The notes beneath the pieces were generated by a model, which was not told the DNA's origin, did not search any database, and saw only the letters and a program-made list of their open reading frames with translations. From a bacterium (lineage in GTDB: Bacteria > Hinthialibacterota > Hinthialibacteria > Hinthialibacterales > Hinthialibacteraceae), in the NCBI GenBank assembly GCA_963663405.2, contig CAXXSM010000140.1, positions 1 to 64,000 of the forward strand: a DNA stretch of 64,000 nucleotides. Direction: 5' to 3'. Position 1 is the first letter of the stretch. Each line of letters opens with the position of its first letter. Position numbers and translations under genes: made by a program. This document shows positions 59,933 through 64,000 of this stretch, in pieces.

Positions 59933-61420
59933 TTATACTATCTCTACATCAGGTTTACGAAGAATTTTTTTGGTTGATCGCCAGTAGAATCCTCTGTGTA
60001 TGACTCGTTTGATACGCCCATTTGTTTTAGGATCAGCCCAGGTTACTAATTGATGTTGAGCAGGATTGAATGGCTCTCCATGAGAAGGTTGCATGATTTC
60101 AAGATCAAACAATTCGGCAATCTCCAGAAAATGATGAACAAGGGTAGTATAGAATTCTTCGGCTTCTATTGTGTCCTGTTCCTGTTCTTCCCATTGATAT
60201 ACATAATTTAAAAAATATTTCTGCACGACGGTTGGAAGAAATTGGTTTTTCTGAGCGAGTGGTTTACGTGTGCGAATCGCTTTGGAAAATGCTTTGTCAA
60301 TAATAACAAATATGTATTGCATGAATCCACTTTCATCACGAGTAAGAGACATCGCATGTCGATATTCTCCATGCTGATAAAGCAGTTCGCGATAATCGTT
60401 GAAATCCGATAAAAATTTTCCAAATTCTATCATTAAATCATCCGCAGACAGTTGAAAAGGCAATACAGGTCCGATATTGGAAAGAAATTCATACAAATTA
60501 TCTCTAAAGTTTGTTACGAAGGAACTTGCGGATGGATTCACTCTGAGAAGTATCATGATAGCGCCATTTTTTTGATCCACTTTGTTAAAGAATTGTATCG
60601 CAATATCAAAATCCTCCACATCGACGCTGCAATAATTCTGAATATCCTGTGTTTCCAATTTCCACTTGGCATTCATAAACTCAGTCAGATCGTTGCACTG
60701 CTCACGAACACGCTCTACAGGTGATTGCGCGCGAAACTGGAAAGATTGAGATTGATTGTCAGTTTTCATCAAAGAAATCGATTCAGATATAGGTTCAGGT
60801 TCTTCATGCTCTGCAGATGAATACCGATCGTTTACGATTTTCCCTGTAACTTCTGGATGTTGAGTAATAAGTTTTTCTAGAATCTGAGATAGTTTCTTCT
60901 CCCGGTTAAAAAAAATCCAAATCATAATAAACCAGGAAATCATTATAATGCAAATAAGAATAGTAAATATTATTAAGTAAAAAGAAAAATCGGAAGTACC
61001 GGCTGTGTCGTAGTCAGTAGAATTATCACTTGGTACTTGTCTTGGCTCCGGTAATGGTTTCAATTTATTTTCATTTATGAATATCAGTATAGGATAATAA
61101 CCGGAAGGGATTCCATATAAAGCGTACGTCTTTGTATTCAAAACACACAAAGATGGAAAAAGAGAGGATAAAATCGATGAAGGGACATTCAACCAAAAGG
61201 AACTTATATTATTCTGAAAATCTATGGTTGAAGATGAATTGATTATTAGAGAAGATATGACTGGACTCGGTGACTGTATTTCAGTATGGTTTCTTGCAGT
61301 ATTATCGTGATTCTCAACTGCATAAGATTGATGGAGAAACAGAGGAATGAAGAAGAAAGAAAACAGGAAGCATAAATACATGATTCGAACAGTTTTTGTA
61401 TACCCAAGCGATCTATACAT
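59933..61420 (-). CDS. Membrane-anchored protein with a C-terminal GrpE-like head
   Basis: Signal-like N-terminus, TM at about aa 147-171, C-terminus GEPFNPAQHQLV…GRIKRVIHRGFY…ILRKPDVEIV. Confidence 0.78.
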   Translation of the reverse strand: MYRSLGYTKTVRIMYLCFLFSFFFIPLFLHQSYAVENHDNTARNHTEIQSPSPVISSLIINSSSTIDFQNNISSFWLNVPSSILSSLFPSLCVLNTKTYALYGIPSGYYPILIFINENKLKPLPEPRQVPSDNSTDYDTAGTSDFSFYLIIFTILICIIMISWFIMIWIFFNREKKLSQILEKLITQHPEVTGKIVNDRYSSAEHEEPEPISESISLMKTDNQSQSFQFRAQSPVERVREQCNDLTEFMNAKWKLETQDIQNYCSVDVEDFDIAIQFFNKVDQKNGAIMILLRVNPSASSFVTNFRDNLYEFLSNIGPVLPFQLSADDLMIEFGKFLSDFNDYRELLYQHGEYRHAMSLTRDESGFMQYIFVIIDKAFSKAIRTRKPLAQKNQFLPTVVQKYFLNYVYQWEEQEQDTIEAEEFYTTLVHHFLEIAELFDLEIMQPSHGEPFNPAQHQLVTWADPKTNGRIKRVIHRGFYWRSTKKILRKPDVEIV

Positions 61421-61443
61421 AATAGAATCCTAAATAGAAGTAA

Positions 61444-62943
61444 TCATCCAAGTCTCACCGTAGGTTTGCGAATGGGATTGCCTTGGATCCGTTTGACTCC
61501 TCGTCTTACGATCGATTGAATACGGCCTGAGTTAGAACTCGATTCCTGTGCAAATTCTTCCAGCGTATGTTGAAGAGGATCAAAAGTATCATGGATTTTT
61601 ACATCCGTCAGTTCCATTCCCAGTGGTTTTAATAAAGAACTTAGATAATCCGTAAGGATCGGTGATAATTCGGGAATTGTGTTGCTATATTTCTTTTCTA
61701 AAATTTCAAGTTCATCAATATGTTCCATCACATCAACTTTCGCGATCCGATTCAATTCTTCCGTCAGCGTTTCGATAGAAATGTGTGAGGATTGAATTTC
61801 ATGAATCGCATCCAATAGAATTGTATTATAAAAGGAAAATACATAGTGACGGTAGGCAATAACTGGGTCCAATCGATCGTTCGAAGGGATATCTTCTTTC
61901 CCTATCAATCCCACAATCGTATGATAATAATCCGAATGAAGAAACTCGTTATATTTTTTGGGATTCTGATCAGTAAAATTAGGTATTTTTGTCACTCCAA
62001 ACATGGCGTTGTATTTAGACTGGATCTGCTCGCGAAATCCCCCTACTTTAAATTTGAAGGCGGAATGGGATTGTTCAATAGTTTGAATCGCAGGATTATC
62101 CGGCGAAAAAGAATTGATAAGCGTGTTAAACGCAATGAAAGCGGGATGATTTTCTAAGTCTGGAATCAAATTCAATTGCGCTTCCCGGATGCATTTATAT
62201 TTATTAACAGAAAACGCACGTTTTACAAGTTCTATAAATTCCTGGTAATCCTCTTGCGCTTTACGGTGATCGCTTACAGACAATAAATCATGTTTAAGAG
62301 AACGAATTTCATTCTGAAGGATGCGATTGTATGTTTCACCAGTCTCAATGGTTGATAGTTTTGAAAAGAGTTTGTTAAATGATAATTCTGTTTTGGAAAT
62401 GAATTCAACTACTTTGCTATGTTGATTGTTGAATTGATTCAGAAAACCTTTGTAGCTTACAGACAACGCGTTCAGTTGTTCTGATAGATATGTGAATTGA
62501 TCCGATGAGTTTGTTGATGGAAATGAGATTATATTTTTTTGCTCTGACTTATAATCAGATGTTGTATTCATGGATAAAGATATTTTTACTATATATTTGC
62601 GATCAATTGGATGTGGCCAAATTTGTAGATTAAAATGTACTTCATCAAAATCTTCCGGCTTTGATAATTTAATATAATATCTTGATTTGAAGATACCATT
62701 ATAATAACTTAATGGACATTTTTGTTTGTTTTTGTTTAGGATAAAATGGCCATCCACAATATTAAAATCATTAGTGCGTTGAATTTTAGGAATCAATTGT
62801 ATATAGTTACTATGTTCGTCTGGGATAAAATCGATGATGCCTTTCTTAACGATAGGAGAATTGTGATTTGCGCGTAAAATTTCATAAAAAATAACATATT
62901 CTCCTATTATTATTGTATTTTCATAACATTTCATTGGACGCAT
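61444..62943 (-). CDS. Soluble coiled-coil protein with a C-terminal GrpE-like head
   Basis: C-terminus LKPLGMEL…HDTFDPLQH…GRIQSIVRRGVK…PIRKPTVRLG; helical middle; no TM. Confidence 0.78.
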   Translation of the reverse strand: MRPMKCYENTIIIGEYVIFYEILRANHNSPIVKKGIIDFIPDEHSNYIQLIPKIQRTNDFNIVDGHFILNKNKQKCPLSYYNGIFKSRYYIKLSKPEDFDEVHFNLQIWPHPIDRKYIVKISLSMNTTSDYKSEQKNIISFPSTNSSDQFTYLSEQLNALSVSYKGFLNQFNNQHSKVVEFISKTELSFNKLFSKLSTIETGETYNRILQNEIRSLKHDLLSVSDHRKAQEDYQEFIELVKRAFSVNKYKCIREAQLNLIPDLENHPAFIAFNTLINSFSPDNPAIQTIEQSHSAFKFKVGGFREQIQSKYNAMFGVTKIPNFTDQNPKKYNEFLHSDYYHTIVGLIGKEDIPSNDRLDPVIAYRHYVFSFYNTILLDAIHEIQSSHISIETLTEELNRIAKVDVMEHIDELEILEKKYSNTIPELSPILTDYLSSLLKPLGMELTDVKIHDTFDPLQHTLEEFAQESSSNSGRIQSIVRRGVKRIQGNPIRKPTVRLG

Positions 62944-62953
62944 TTTATCAACC

Positions 62954-63974
62954 CTACTGCATTAATATAGGAAATTCAAAATAGTCTACAAAACGGCCAA
63001 ACGAACCAGTCAGGCAAGTTTGTACACGCCCATCCATAAGGCGATGAGATTCCAGTACAACCTTTTCGGGAGCCATATACAATCGGCGCTTTTTTAGGTT
63101 TATGGTTTTAAGAGGATGCAATGCTATACCCGGATAGCCGAACCAAAATTCAACAAACGGGATTACACCGTTGGAAGAAGTGAGAGCATCTATCCGGCCT
63201 CCTGTAATTGGATCTTCTTCATGAATTAAAGGCAGAAAATCCCACAATCCATGACGAATACCAATCGCTCCATTACGACGGATCGATATTGTACTAAATC
63301 CACTACGAATTTCATCTAAATATAAGGAGACATTTTTGAGAGCTTGCTCCGTTGTTGAATCTAAAATGAAAGGTACAGAACTGGAAAGATCTCGAGAAAA
63401 TACAAGAAAACGGTTATGCGCGTTCTCACTCGATTCATCCCGAAGTTGGTGTTGAATCACTGCTTCACTATGCAAATTATTATGCTGGACAGTAATCCAT
63501 GACGCTTCAACTACACATTCCCGCTGGCGAAGAACGATAATGGAATCATTGTGATTATTCTCCTTGATAGCGGCTAATGCAAATAATGGCGCGCCATCCG
63601 CGAAACAACACTCCCCCTTTCCAGCCCAAATGAGTCAGGAGTGAACTAAGGGATTCTTGAGTCGATGTTGATACTCCAGTAGGGAGCATCATAACTAGCC
63701 AATCACTTTCATTCATTTGACGATTTTTTAGAGCGCGTGAAAAAAAGGGATGAAGAGCGGCGGCGATTTCGCTTGATGGTAATGTATCTATGAATTGCGC
63801 AGGATTTGAAATTACCACTCCTTCATAGGATGAGGGGGGCCACGGACCGCCATCCCAAATCAATCCCTCTTCTGTTTTACGTCCAAGCCAGCTATCAGGA
63901 ATGTGGCCGGAATTTCCATCGGAATCGGCCCATGCTGGATTTACGGGACAAAAATCAAACACGAGTGTAACCAT
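62954..63974 (-). CDS. Degenerate Hsp70/actin-fold-like protein (~339 aa after removing one extra base at the C-run 63613-63617)
   Basis: MVTLVFDFCPVN…WLVMMLPTG…QESLSSLLTHLGWK, then in the adjacent frame GECCFADGAPLFALAA…IIVLRQRECVVEASWITV, which is continuous with ORF 62954-63475. Confidence 0.55.
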
Positions 63975-64000
63975 GATCGGCTCAACAATCGGAAAGGATT

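Noticed and set aside
59933-63974. Housekeeping dnaK-grpE heat-shock operon
   Set aside because: The GrpE-like proteins are ~500 aa (one with a TM), the Hsp70-like protein lacks the GTT and GGGT loops, and no dnaJ or hrcA is visible.

Overview
Bacterial genomic window of moderate GC, rich in secreted and carbohydrate-active proteins. The protein style resembles PVC-related or candidate phyla such as Hinthialibacterota/Sumerlaeota (inference only). Scattered single-base homopolymer indels suggest an imperfectly polished long-read assembly. From left to right: (i) the edge of an integrative element, marked by a tyrosine integrase and a 3' half of tRNA-Leu(TAG) as att site; (ii) a ~1,690-aa secreted LRR/FG-GAP protein gene cleanly split by an IS1634-family element (15/16-bp IRs, TTAGAC target duplication) that carries a divergent Cys/His passenger gene; (iii) housekeeping and catabolic genes (M20 peptidase, POT transporter, mltG, sulfatase, moeA-moaC-MOSC/mog, coaB, GH43, sialidase-like, beta-helix, heparinase-like, 2-oxoacid:ferredoxin oxidoreductase, NDH-2) and tRNA-Gln; (iv) an ECF sigma / truncated FecR / large surface-protein locus; (v) an integrase-less integron fragment with promoter, attI-like site, a TIR-like cassette and two abutting attC sites; (vi) at the right end, the most notable feature: an AT-rich, tightly packed operon of a degenerate Hsp70-fold protein, two large proteins with C-terminal GrpE head domains (one membrane-anchored), an unknown beta-rich protein and a ZorA/ZorB-like proton motor. 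This is a candidate new Zorya-like system with chaperone-derived partners, and it probably continues past the window edge.
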